Assembly (NCBI GenBank): GCA_012026655.1
Contig: JAAILG010001331.1
Span: forward strand, 1 to 64,000
Reading direction: 5' to 3'
From: Hydrolagus affinis
Taxonomy: Eukaryota
DNA length: 64,000 bases
Shown: positions 55,601 through 64,000 of the stretch, one piece after another
Numbering within the stretch: position 1 is the first letter of the stretch
Layout: each line of letters starts with the position of its first letter
Program-made: the position numbers and the translations under genes
The notes under the pieces: generated by a model
Database searches by the model: none
What the model saw: only the letters and a program-made list of their open reading frames with translations
Told to the model about the DNA's origin: nothing

Positions 55601-58600
55601 AGGGCAAATAAATAACAGGAGATGTCAGAGATTCTCCAATGACTAGTCAGGTTTGTCTCGAGTATCGAGCCAAGGCAATAACAGGATCCCTGGACCTCCT
55701 GTTTTGCTATGTATATGGCATAGTGTCCGGTTATATCGGTGTAATTTTTCATATTGATATGCCGATATTGGAAATTCGAATATAACGGTATATTGAAAAA
55801 TTTGGCATCAAAAAAAATATCGGAATATCGCAAAATATTGGTATATCATGTCCGGCAATATATCGATTATATCTGTATAGTATAACACCTGTTCAACTTA
55901 CCTTGTCGCCGGCATTGCAAACCTCCTGGGCCTAGAGCTCGCATATTGGAATGCTCACGCACATCGGAATGCGCGCGCACCTCCGAATGCACGCGCATAC
56001 ACAGTATAACAAACCCCGATATATCGGTATATATCGATATGAGCCCACCGATATATCGATATCGGAAAATTTCCATATCGACGGACCCTAGTGTGGCAGT
56101 AATGAGCATTTGGATTGGGGTTGCCCTCAGGGATTCGGACCCGGAGTAACTGAGCATGGACCCCTAAACAATAGTTCTCGGGACAATGGCCCACCGACAG
56201 AGAGATACGGTGCCGAGAGGCCATAAACCCTCTTCCCCAGCTTCCTCTCCTTATTCGGAAATATGGGAAATGATATATGAGACACTAAATAGGAAAACTT
56301 AGACCATATTGGGCACGCACAGGGCTGACCAGAGCTGACAACAACAACATCGATTTATATAGCAATGACGGGTTTCGGCCTCCCCGGTACTCAAACAATC
56401 TATTTTCTTTGAACAATTTGCGAGCAACAGACCCTTTGTTAAGCCTGTGGTGAATGAAGGCCTACCACAATTAATGCTGGCTGACACATGGTCTGAGACC
56501 ACGATAATTCACTCCGAAAATCCTAGACAAATGTCGCATACTACTCATTACATGGTTTCGCGGGTAACACACAACGGGACAGTGAAACTAACCCAGTGTA
56601 AACTTAATACAATGGAACCGTACCCAGAGGAGCAAGTAGCAGCAATGTTTAACGACTGTCTCTCAGTCCCAGCAAAGCACAAGTATGACTGTGTTACAAT
56701 CTTGGTAACCAAAAATGGGTAATGGGGAGAGAGCAACCAGAGTTCTACCTTCTCATCACTATCCACTGATCTCTTGGGGAAGTTTATACTGTAAAGGTGA
56801 TCACAGGCTTTTGTTTGGTCATGCCATCATCCCCTAAAAATGAGACTTTACACATGAAGAATTATCACTTAGGAAACGTCGTAGAGAGCTAACATCACCA
56901 ACGGGACCAAACACCAACACAAAGCTTCAGAAAAGGTGGGATTAAAGGAGAGAAAGAAAAAGTGTTCTTTTAATTATATGGTCCTATTTCAAGAATAATT
57001 AGTAGATACATTCAGGAGTTTTTTAAAAAAAAATCTGGTTATTTATACTGTGTCCCAGAAATATATTAAGTGTTTATTCTATTTATTTGAGCATCATCTA
57101 TATTTCTGGGATTCATATCATGGAGATTATTCACAGGCTACAAATAGTTGCACACTATTGTACAGGTGGTCAGGCAATATTTTTAAAAGATAAAGGAGGA
57201 ATTATTGCCTCTGAGGGAAGAATCTGTGTATACATAGCTCTTGAAAAAGCCAAGTACAGCATGCGTGATTTAAAGTTCACACTGTAGCAATAACTTTGAA
57301 GATACTATGTTTTCAGTGTTTAATTTTTAATTTAAAGTAATCAATTCCTAGTGCCAGATATGTCTGGTAACACAACAATACAGCCTCTTTGCAGATCATT
57401 TGTTTGAGCTATGCTTGGTTTATAATCACAAACATATCCTGCAAATGTCATCTGCAGAAAATTATTTCCCCATTGCAACCGCATTTACTCAAAATAATCT
57501 TTTTTTTAGGCAAAGGGGAAAAGTCACTGGTTTATACAGTATTCAGTTGGTCATATTTGAGGAGAATGCCCCAGTTTCTTTCCAATTCTGAATAAATTGG
57601 GTCTAACCTGCAGGGTAGAAACAATAATAATAATTAGAAGTCCTTAAGTAGACTTCAAGGACATGTAACATTAAATTGGTTTGGGTTTTAATAGGCAGCA
57701 TTTAATCCTTTTCAACAAGATTTTAATGATTTGCAGTACTGAAAATTAACATAGTGCCACACAAAGCAGCACATATAACATATGGATACAGCAAACGTAG
57801 TTGAGATACAAGCAAAGGAAACATTTAATTTTGCTCAATGTGGGCAATAATCCAGGTCAATTTGAAACATTCAGCAGTCTTTATGCATATTTACCTTCTC
57901 CCTAAGCCATTTTCTGAAAAAGTGCTCTTTTTATAAAGAGCAATATATGCAAACTTTCCAATTATCATGGTTCAAAGCTTCCATGGGATGAGCGTATTCT
58001 CCACTATAAGCATTTTAATTGGAAGCAAGTGCTTAGCAGCCTTTAAAAAGTAATCCCTTGATAATTACTGCAGGGGTCAATATTAAGAGAGAGAATTAGC
58101 TCAGCCTGTGAACTCCACTGTCATCTGCTGCAAACAGCCGATAGCTTGCTTCTTCATTGCAGTGTTTCAACCAAGTTAATGAGATATTACAGTAACACTG
58201 TCACCATGGGAGTAATATTCAGTATGAGCTTCCCTCCCTTAATGATGTGATAGTCTTAAAAAATAAATTACCAGCTGTGCATTCTTTTACAGAGAATTTA
58301 AGAAGAAATTCCATCCAAGGCCATTAAACCTTTTGAACTATTCTTGTAGAGAACCTGCAATATTAATAAACAATTTTGCTATCAATACTAAAACAATAAG
58401 TATGACACTTGGTGTTGACACACGAGCATCTTCACGAGGTAGGAAAGGACAGTAATCGGGAAGGAAACAGGACTGATATATGCAGCCATGTGCCAAGTCA
58501 AAATGCAATGAAAGCCATTGTTAATTCACATTAAAAATGTAAATCTGACCTGACAATGCAGACTCTTCAGTGTCTGCTGTTTCTGTATTCAACGTATGAT

Positions 58601-60472
58601 CCTTGATACAAGCCCTGCTATCAATTTGGTAAATCAAAGCAGGACACAGGTACGTAAACTCTTCTGGAGAAATCCCCAAATCCGTGCTAAGACCATAATG
58701 TTGGAGCAGCTGGGAAACATTCAAGCACTAGAAACAACAAACGCATTGTAAATGTTCCAATTCTCTCACAAATTAATACAAGTAGAAAATTTAATAGGGA
58801 TAATTCTTTTTCTCCTCAGACCACTGCTTTTGCAAAGCAGCACCCCCTTCAAGTGTTCAATTTCTAAATTACCTGGACATACATAAACAATTCCTATTCC
58901 TGGAGAAGAATGCAAAGTGAGGAAAAATATTAACTCGTTTAATCACCACCTATTTACTCCCAAAAAATACTTGTCAATCTAATACAGTATTACCACCATT
59001 CAACTCCTATAAAATGGAACAGAACTAATAACATTTTAATATTTTCACGAAATTCTTGCAATTTATATTAAAAAAAGTACTAAACAACAACAAAATTAGA
59101 CTTGTATAGCGCCTTTCACGTCAGGAGAACATCTATATAGTAACAAAATAGATTACCACATTGATTCACCCTCTAGATTACATATTATTTAAAATATACT
59201 TATTTAATCCAATTGCCTCTCTTTTTCTCCCCACGAGGGTAGCGTTTCTTGGGACGTCCTCCCGACGTGAAAGGCGCTCTATAAATGTAATTTGTTGTTG
59301 TTGTTGTTTCAGACTGGAGGATGGTCCCGTAGCTTTCCAGAGTGGCTATTCTTTGTGAGCAAAACCAGCTGGTGAATTTGCTTGACAAAGAAAAGCAATA
59401 TGCTGCATGTGTCTTCCCAAGCTCGGGAACATTTAGGTTGATTGCAGCATCCCACCATTTCCTGACTTGAAACTTAGCAGAACTGAGCAAAGATCTATCC
59501 AAGTGTGTACTCAATACCACAGAACATGCTTAAAACTCTTAAGCAATTAGATTTTTTTCATCTTACCTCATCATGACCAGGTCCTGCTTGATGAATTAAT
59601 TTTGATGTATCCAAGTCTTTTTTCGCTCTTGGTCGATGAGTTGTTTTCTCTTCGTGAACATGGATGTGCAGATCATCATCGCGATCACTTGTTGACAGAG
59701 CAGTTAAAGATTCCGCTGGAGATGGTGTGAATGTCCCTTCTGGTTGTTTCAATAAAACCTTCTGCTTTTTCCTTTTCCTTGACCTTCCTCTGGGTTTTTC
59801 GTGTAACACGTTGGGACTCGAAGGTTCAGGAAACTGTTCTCCCTCTTTATGATTGACTGTACTTTCGGAGGGTTGGGGGGAGGTACGATGATGGTGGTGC
59901 CGATGATGATGGCGGTGATGGTGTTGAGCAACAGTTGCCGGCTTTAAAGTTGAGTGTATGTGTTTGCTGTCTGCCCTGATACAACGACTACCTTTCACCT
60001 TGGGGTTAGGTACGGTTTTGTCACGCCCTTTATGATTGGAGTGTGAATGGGAGTGTATATGTTTCCGTTCTACTGCCTGTAAGAGATCTAGATGTGAAAC
60101 ATGATCATGTCCATCATTCTCATGTTCTAAATCTACAACTTTCACTTCTCCAAGACCTAGGCTTGTTAAGAGTTTTTCTAAACCATGAAATGTCAATTTC
60201 CCATTTTCACCATAATAACTGAACAGTTTCTGAATGTAATACATTTGCTTACTTTCTGCATTTTGTTGAGAGACGTTGGCGGGGTTGTTTTGAAGGTATG
60301 ATTCCTCTGAGATTTGATAAACATTGCGCTCATGATTGTGCTCATGATTCTCCTCAGTACCATTATCATGGTCATTGTCGTGATCGTGGTCATCGTGGCA
60401 GTGGTGGCAATGGTGGAAGAGGAACGTCAACAGGCAAATGAAACAAAACTTTGTATGCAGATGTACCTTCAT
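43499..60472 (-). CDS. SLC39A10: Zinc transporter ZIP10 (LIV-1 subfamily), complete CDS in 9 exons, 785 aa
   Basis: N-terminus [22 protein letters not shown] is typical of ZIP10. Also His-rich ectodomain, CPALIYQ motif, TM4 [17 protein letters not shown]5 [14 protein letters not shown] (LIV-1 HEXPHEXGD), C-terminal [12 protein letters not shown]...FEDHIVINF. The 2358-nt spliced model is in frame and all introns are GT-AG. Confidence 0.95.
44280..44535 (-). mobile_element. L2 ORF2 C-terminal fragment
   Basis: Minus-strand translation pieces [13 protein letters not shown] and [25 protein letters not shown]. Confidence 0.8.
45089..45279 (-). CDS. SLC39A10: SLC39A10 coding exon 8 (TM6-7)
   Basis: cag|[19 protein letters not shown]...[12 protein letters not shown]|gtaagt; 191 nt. 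Confidence 0.95.
45986..46048 (-). mobile_element. L2-like tail fragment
   Basis: caacaacaag...gcctttcacgtcgggaggacgtcccaaggc. Confidence 0.8.
46528..46608 (-). CDS. SLC39A10: SLC39A10 coding exon 7 (TM5)
   Basis: cag|[26 protein letters not shown]|gtaagt; 81 nt. Confidence 0.95.
47132..47427 (+). mobile_element. Young tRNA-derived SINE, full length
   Basis: A box tagctcagtggttagagc, B box gggttcgattcc, family body, ggattatta tail. Confidence 0.88.
47450..47597 (-). mobile_element. Young SINE, 5' half, inverted relative to the 47132 copy
   Basis: Reverse complement head ctgtagctcaatggttagagcactcgccttgtaagcgagagacctgggttcaattcc. Confidence 0.85.
47633..47837. mobile_element. Tc1/mariner (Tigger-like) MITE, 205 bp
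   Basis: TA|CAGTAAAAGCCCATTTATCTG ... CGGATAAACTGGCCTTTACTG|TA; TA target-site duplication. Confidence 0.8.
47926..47980 (+). mobile_element. L2-like tail fragment
   Basis: cagtgccttgggacatccgatgtgaatggcgctatacaaaagtaattttg. Confidence 0.7.
48080..48436 (-). CDS. SLC39A10: SLC39A10 coding exon 6 (His-rich loop, TM4)
   Basis: cag|ADPLDDSG...[14 protein letters not shown]...[23 protein letters not shown]|gtaaga; 357 nt. Confidence 0.93.
48896..49019 (-). CDS. SLC39A10: SLC39A10 coding exon 5 (cytoplasmic loop)
   Basis: cag|GKKRWLKK...[25 protein letters not shown]|gtaagt; 124 nt. Confidence 0.92.
49102..49689. mobile_element. Tigger/pogo-like MITE, 588 bp
   Basis: TA|CAGGTAGACCTTGCTTAACGTT ... 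AACGTTAAGCGAGGACTAATTG|TA; 18/22 TIR match, TA TSD. Confidence 0.85.
50449..50640 (+). mobile_element. Young SINE, 3' half
   Basis: ctgataataatccc...gtgaagcgctttgagatgtctagaagatgtgaaaagtgctatatcaaatgcaagaattattatta. Confidence 0.85.
50944..51147 (-). CDS. SLC39A10: SLC39A10 coding exon 4 (TM3)
   Basis: tag|[14 protein letters not shown]...[23 protein letters not shown]...TRK|gtaagc; 204 nt. Confidence 0.93.
51425..51590 (-). mobile_element. Old DeuSINE core fragment
   Basis: gtgccatggaatctttaatatccacctgagcgggcagacgg...acatctcgtcggaagg; colinear with 21490-21660. Confidence 0.7.
51839..52008 (-). CDS. SLC39A10: SLC39A10 coding exon 3 (TM1-2)
   Basis: cag|[15 protein letters not shown]...[20 protein letters not shown]|gtaagt; 170 nt. 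Confidence 0.95.
53620..53770 (+). mobile_element. Decayed L2 3' end
   Basis: ttcaaatcccgcctaaaaac..tctttttgatcat..tt.ggtcac...ggacgcttccccgcgtgaatggc...taaatgcaag. Confidence 0.55.
55283..55316 (+). repeat. (GT)n microsatellite
   Basis: Imperfect tgtgtg run. Confidence 0.9.
55340..56770 (+). mobile_element. Decayed LTR-retroelement or endogenous retrovirus gag-pro(-RT start) fossil
   Basis: Reconstructed CX2CX4HX4C knuckle [14 protein letters not shown], then protease-like [23 protein letters not shown] (DTG to DTW), then an RT-start-like [11 protein letters not shown]; correct order on one strand; boundaries approximate. Confidence 0.7.
55721..56090. mobile_element. hAT-type MITE, 370 bp
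   Basis: TIRs TAGTGTCCG.. and ..CGGACCCTA, many subterminal CGATAT/ATATCG repeats, 8-bp TSD atatggca / gtgtggca. Confidence 0.85.
58550..58727 (-). CDS. SLC39A10: SLC39A10 coding exon 2 (CPALLYQ / prion-like domain)
   Basis: tag|[13 protein letters not shown]...[17 protein letters not shown]...ALS|gtcaga; 178 nt. Confidence 0.94.
59084..59131 (-). mobile_element. L2-like tail fragment
   Basis: acaacaacaaaattag...agcgcctttcacgtcaggag. Confidence 0.75.
59240..59308 (+). mobile_element. L2-like tail fragment
   Basis: cttgggacgtcctcccgacgtgaaaggcgctctataaatgtaatttgttgttgttgttg; near-identical to 8113-8170. Confidence 0.85.
59567..60472 (-). CDS. SLC39A10: SLC39A10 first coding exon (exon starts at 60488 after acceptor ttttttttccag)
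   Basis: gcaccATG (good Kozak context), signal peptide, His-rich region, ends GHDE|gtaaga; 906 nt. The upstream non-coding exon was not seen in the window. Confidence 0.94.
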
Positions 60473-61913
60473 GGTGCTTATACAGTATCTGGAAAAAAAA
60501 CAAGATTTAATTGGAACAATATTTTATGGCTTACTAAACATACATTTTCCCCCAAACAATTCTTCTCTTTGAAATCCTCTCTCCTCTCTTCGTGAACAGA
60601 TTTTGTTTCTACTGGTGCGTTGGTGCGGTTCTCGTACCTCATCTAAGATGGCATTCATACCACATTTTAACAGATGAAAGCTTTTTGATCACATGGGACA
60701 TCACAACTGAGTCTGATCCTGTCCTCACAGGAACAGTTTTCAGCAATGGTCATAGAGTGAAACATGGATGATTTTTACTCCTTTACTCCGTGGGCACTGA
60801 GTTTAATTGTGGTGTCCCCTCCTACTCTCTGCTAACTAGAGAATACTAGTTGTCCTTGAAGCTGTTTTAAGTTCGAAATTCCAATTATACCTAGGTCTCC
60901 GTCGGTCAAACAATTTTGATTTAAAATTTGAGACTGCACAAAATTATGGAAAATTATTTCAATCTTAATTTGTGCAACTGTTCTTTAAGGGTTTTGGAAT
61001 GCAAGCTTCCAAAATAAGATCAAATTAAAAAATTCTCCACCATTTTCCATTTTATTAAAATTTTAAGATCAGGTAGTAATTCAGAGCTCTTATTTCAGGG
61101 GAAGAATTGAAGGACCACATAGTTCCTGTCTGATATTGTATCGTTATTGATTTTAAATGTCTGCTTAAAATTGTAATCGCTGTAATCATAATGCCAAACA
61201 TCTAGACAGCATAATTCTTGAATAATGGACATAGATTAAACCTACCTCCTTCAGAATAAAAACTAGGCACTCAATGTTGGATCCATTGTGTGTCCAGATG
61301 AAATGTATTCACAGATTGCACAGTATTTATAAGCATCAAATTAACCATATTCTTCCAACTAAATGCTTCATGCAGCCTACTCTAATGAACATGTGAAGGC
61401 TAATACTGTACTTCGTTAGGCGGACTCATACATAATCCAACTCTAGCGCACTAATTAACATTATGCAATTTAAAAATCCCCAGATTGCAAAACCACTACT
61501 ATGGAGCTGGTTTTACATAATCTTCAATAGCTATAAATAATATAGGAACCCACGACAACAAACAGGATAATGAATGCCAATCTTTTGTCCATCATCGAGC
61601 AAAATTACTATTCAAATTTCCAAAAATGTATGGCTAGTGTCCAGGAATCTACAGCAGTTCTTTGTCCAGGATGACTTTTCATTCTGTAGGTAGACAGCAT
61701 CAAAACCAACACGGTTTCTTTCCCAGGCAATTAAGGCTATCAAATAGGACAATCTGTCTTTTCCCCCCTCAAACACAATCTCCTGTTGGGTTCATGCAGT
61801 ATCTATATAATCTAACATCATGGTTCTTTAAAGCGTACTAGTTGACCAATCTGAGGATACGCTTTCAGTTATAGCACAACATGAAAGGCACTATATAAAT
61901 GTACATTACAGTC

Positions 61914-62125
61914 ATAATAATCCCTCCAAAAAAATTAATTGGTCATTTGAATCCACGACTGTTTGTGAGACACTACTGTGCGTAATTGGCTATCGCATTT
62001 CACCCACAAATATACAGTCAATTGACTTTACACTACTGTATATTCTGTGAAGCACTTTGAGATGTCTCAAAGACGTGGTAAGGTGCTATATCAAATGTAA
62101 GGAGTATTATTATATATTATTATTA
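61914..62125 (+). mobile_element. Young SINE, 3' half
   Basis: ataataatccctcc...ggtcatttgaatccacgactgtttgtg...gctatatcaaatgtaa...(ATT)n. Confidence 0.85.
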
Positions 62126-62745
62126 TATAGTACATATACGTTGTGTAACAAACCCGACTTCAAAAGAATTAAGGGTTTAAAAGCTAAGAGTTTCCAACAG
62201 CAAAAGTGTTTTCTTTCAGAATAAGTGGAGATTGCAAGAAAATATTCTGAATTGTTCATCCTAGATTGTATTTAGCTGCTGAAGAACATGTAAATTCCAA
62301 CCAACTGCATGTGGCAGAATGGTTCTGTATCTGGCAGAGTGGTTCAGGAAAGCAAAACTAACTTTAAACACTTGTTTTCTGGATGTCAAACTCGACACAA
62401 TTTGGCACTTGCATGTGATTGAAAATCTGACCCAACCAAAATTCTCTAGGAGAGATGAGTAGCTGAGAAGGAAGGAAAGAGAATAGAAGGGGATTTCTCT
62501 AGCAAAAACAGTGTTAATACGACAAACTGATTTCTAGCTTTTCAGAAATATATATTTTAGTAGTTAACATATATTGTACAGGTAACAAAAATGTTAGCAT
62601 AGAAATTAATCTTTAGACATATTTATTAACATTAATTGTAGTTCAGTTGTTTAAATTCAATTATAGGTCTTTACCTTTTGTACATAGTGTGTGTTAAACT
62701 ACTTAATGAGACAAAATACAAAAAGGAACAAGAATCATCAGTCAC

Positions 62746-63027
62746 AATAATAATAATATTAATCCTTGCATTTGATATAGCGCTTTTCACATCTAGACGT
62801 CTCAAAGTGCTTCACAGAATATACTGTACAGTGAATTGACTGTATATTTGTGGGTGAAACTTGGTAGCCAATTGCCCACAAACTGTTGTGGATTAAAATG
62901 ACCAATTTTTTTTTTTTTTTGAGAGATTATTATTAGGTTTGTGGAGAAAGGACACTTGCCGAAGAGTTTCGCGCCGCCTAAAATTGAACCCAGGACTCTT
63001 GCTATATAACCACTGAGCTGCAGGACT
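62746..63027 (-). mobile_element. Young tRNA-derived SINE, near full length
   Basis: Reverse complement head gtcctgcagctcagtggtta...ctgggttcaatt; tail aataataat on the left. Confidence 0.85.
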
Positions 63028-63071
63028 AAAACAGCTGTAAAATGAACAGTGAGATTCAATGTTTAGCAATA

Positions 63072-63377
63072 CAGTAGAACGGTAACAATCCGTTATTCAA
63101 AGCCGGCAACTCCCTAAAACCGGCAAAATTTCAAAAGCTAACCTTCTCGTAAGTAAAAAAAAGTTATTATAAATACTGCACAATTTAAAATGTTTTTTTT
63201 AACACTTATTTCTTTATATATTTATACACGTAAATCATGTTAAATAACACATTAAAGCTATAGCTGGCAAATAAAACAACATTGGTAAAGTTATGCAATC
63301 TCAGGCTGGGTTTCTAAATACCGGCAAACTCTGAAATCAGGAAGTGCCTGATCCTAACCGTGCCAGATTATCGACTG
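63072..63377. mobile_element. Decayed Tc1/mariner-like MITE
   Basis: TA|CAGT ... ACTG|TA ends; internal (a)ccggca repeats like those of the 47633 MITE; TIR match imperfect. Confidence 0.55.
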
Positions 63378-64000
63378 TATCGTATCACTGTACTGCAATA
63401 ACAATGGCTACATGCAATGTATGCAGCAACATTGTCCTACACTAGGTGAACATTGAGCAAAAGAATGAATACAACAGTGGATAATGGATATGATAGAAAT
63501 CTCAGTCATTTTGGCTTGCAAACTTGGAAATTTTAATCTTCCCAGCTTCTCTTACACACAGTGCCTCCCTGTAAATATCAGAGATGTTTATCCTAGTGCA
63601 TCAAATTAATATTTTAGGAGACTGAAAGGAAAGATGATTTTCCATTAAGGATTTCTCCCTTAAAGAGGAAAATTAAATGGGAACGGTCTAAAATAGAACA
63701 ATTTCAAATTTAAAACATCCAGCAAACATAGAGAATTAAATGTCCAAATTATCTTTTAATAAATCCTTTTAATAATCTTTGAATAGAGTGAATAGCATGT
63801 ACTTGAACTTTAGAAGGGGAAGACATTTAATAACACAAATGCAATACACTTGTAATTTGCTCAAATCAATGCTGTGTCATGTAATGCTTTCCTACTCAGA
63901 AAGTCTGAAAAGAGCTGTTACGTAATTTATTAAAGCAATTATAGTCGCTTTCATCAATCCTAATTTGTTTCTGATACAAGTTTTGAAACATTCAAACAAC

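Noticed and set aside
43499-60472. SLC39A6 (ZIP6) as an alternative identity
   Set aside because: The MKVH.HTKFC N-terminus, the [10 protein letters not shown] loop and DNAH7 adjacency fit ZIP10.
60489-64000. SLC39A10 promoter or first exon
   Set aside because: AT-rich, repeat-containing sequence with no CpG island; a strong acceptor precedes 60488, so this is probably intron 1.

Overview
AT-rich eukaryotic genomic DNA from a vertebrate. The repeat content (Deu-type tRNA-SINEs, L2 and CR1 LINEs) suggests a cartilaginous fish, perhaps a chimaera or elephant shark; this is inference. Two intron-rich genes lie tail-to-tail. On the + strand are the last 35 coding exons of an axonemal inner-arm dynein heavy chain, DNAH7 (456..42230, 7176 nt spliced, 2391 aa plus stop). 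They run from within AAA2 through AAA3, AAA4, the stalk/MTBD, AAA5 and AAA6 to the C-terminus; the 5' part lies upstream of the window. On the - strand is the complete 9-exon CDS of the LIV-1 zinc transporter SLC39A10/ZIP10 (60472..43499, 785 aa). I built both splice models by hand and they keep frame at every junction; one DNAH7 intron needs a GC donor. Introns hold SINEs, LINE fragments, Tc1/mariner and hAT MITEs, and one 100-N assembly gap. Highlights: (1) a hidden LTR-retroelement or ERV gag-pro fossil whose CCHC zinc knuckle appears only after removing a hAT MITE and its 8-bp TSD; (2) opposing poly(A) signals about 40 nt apart; (3) a GC-AG intron; (4) unusually CpG-rich internal exons; (5) a SINE/LINE 3' stem-loop with a compensatory change and recurrent truncation points. 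I see no evidence of a new prokaryote-style system such as CRISPR or a defence island. Most entries in the ORF track are spurious or are exon read-through.
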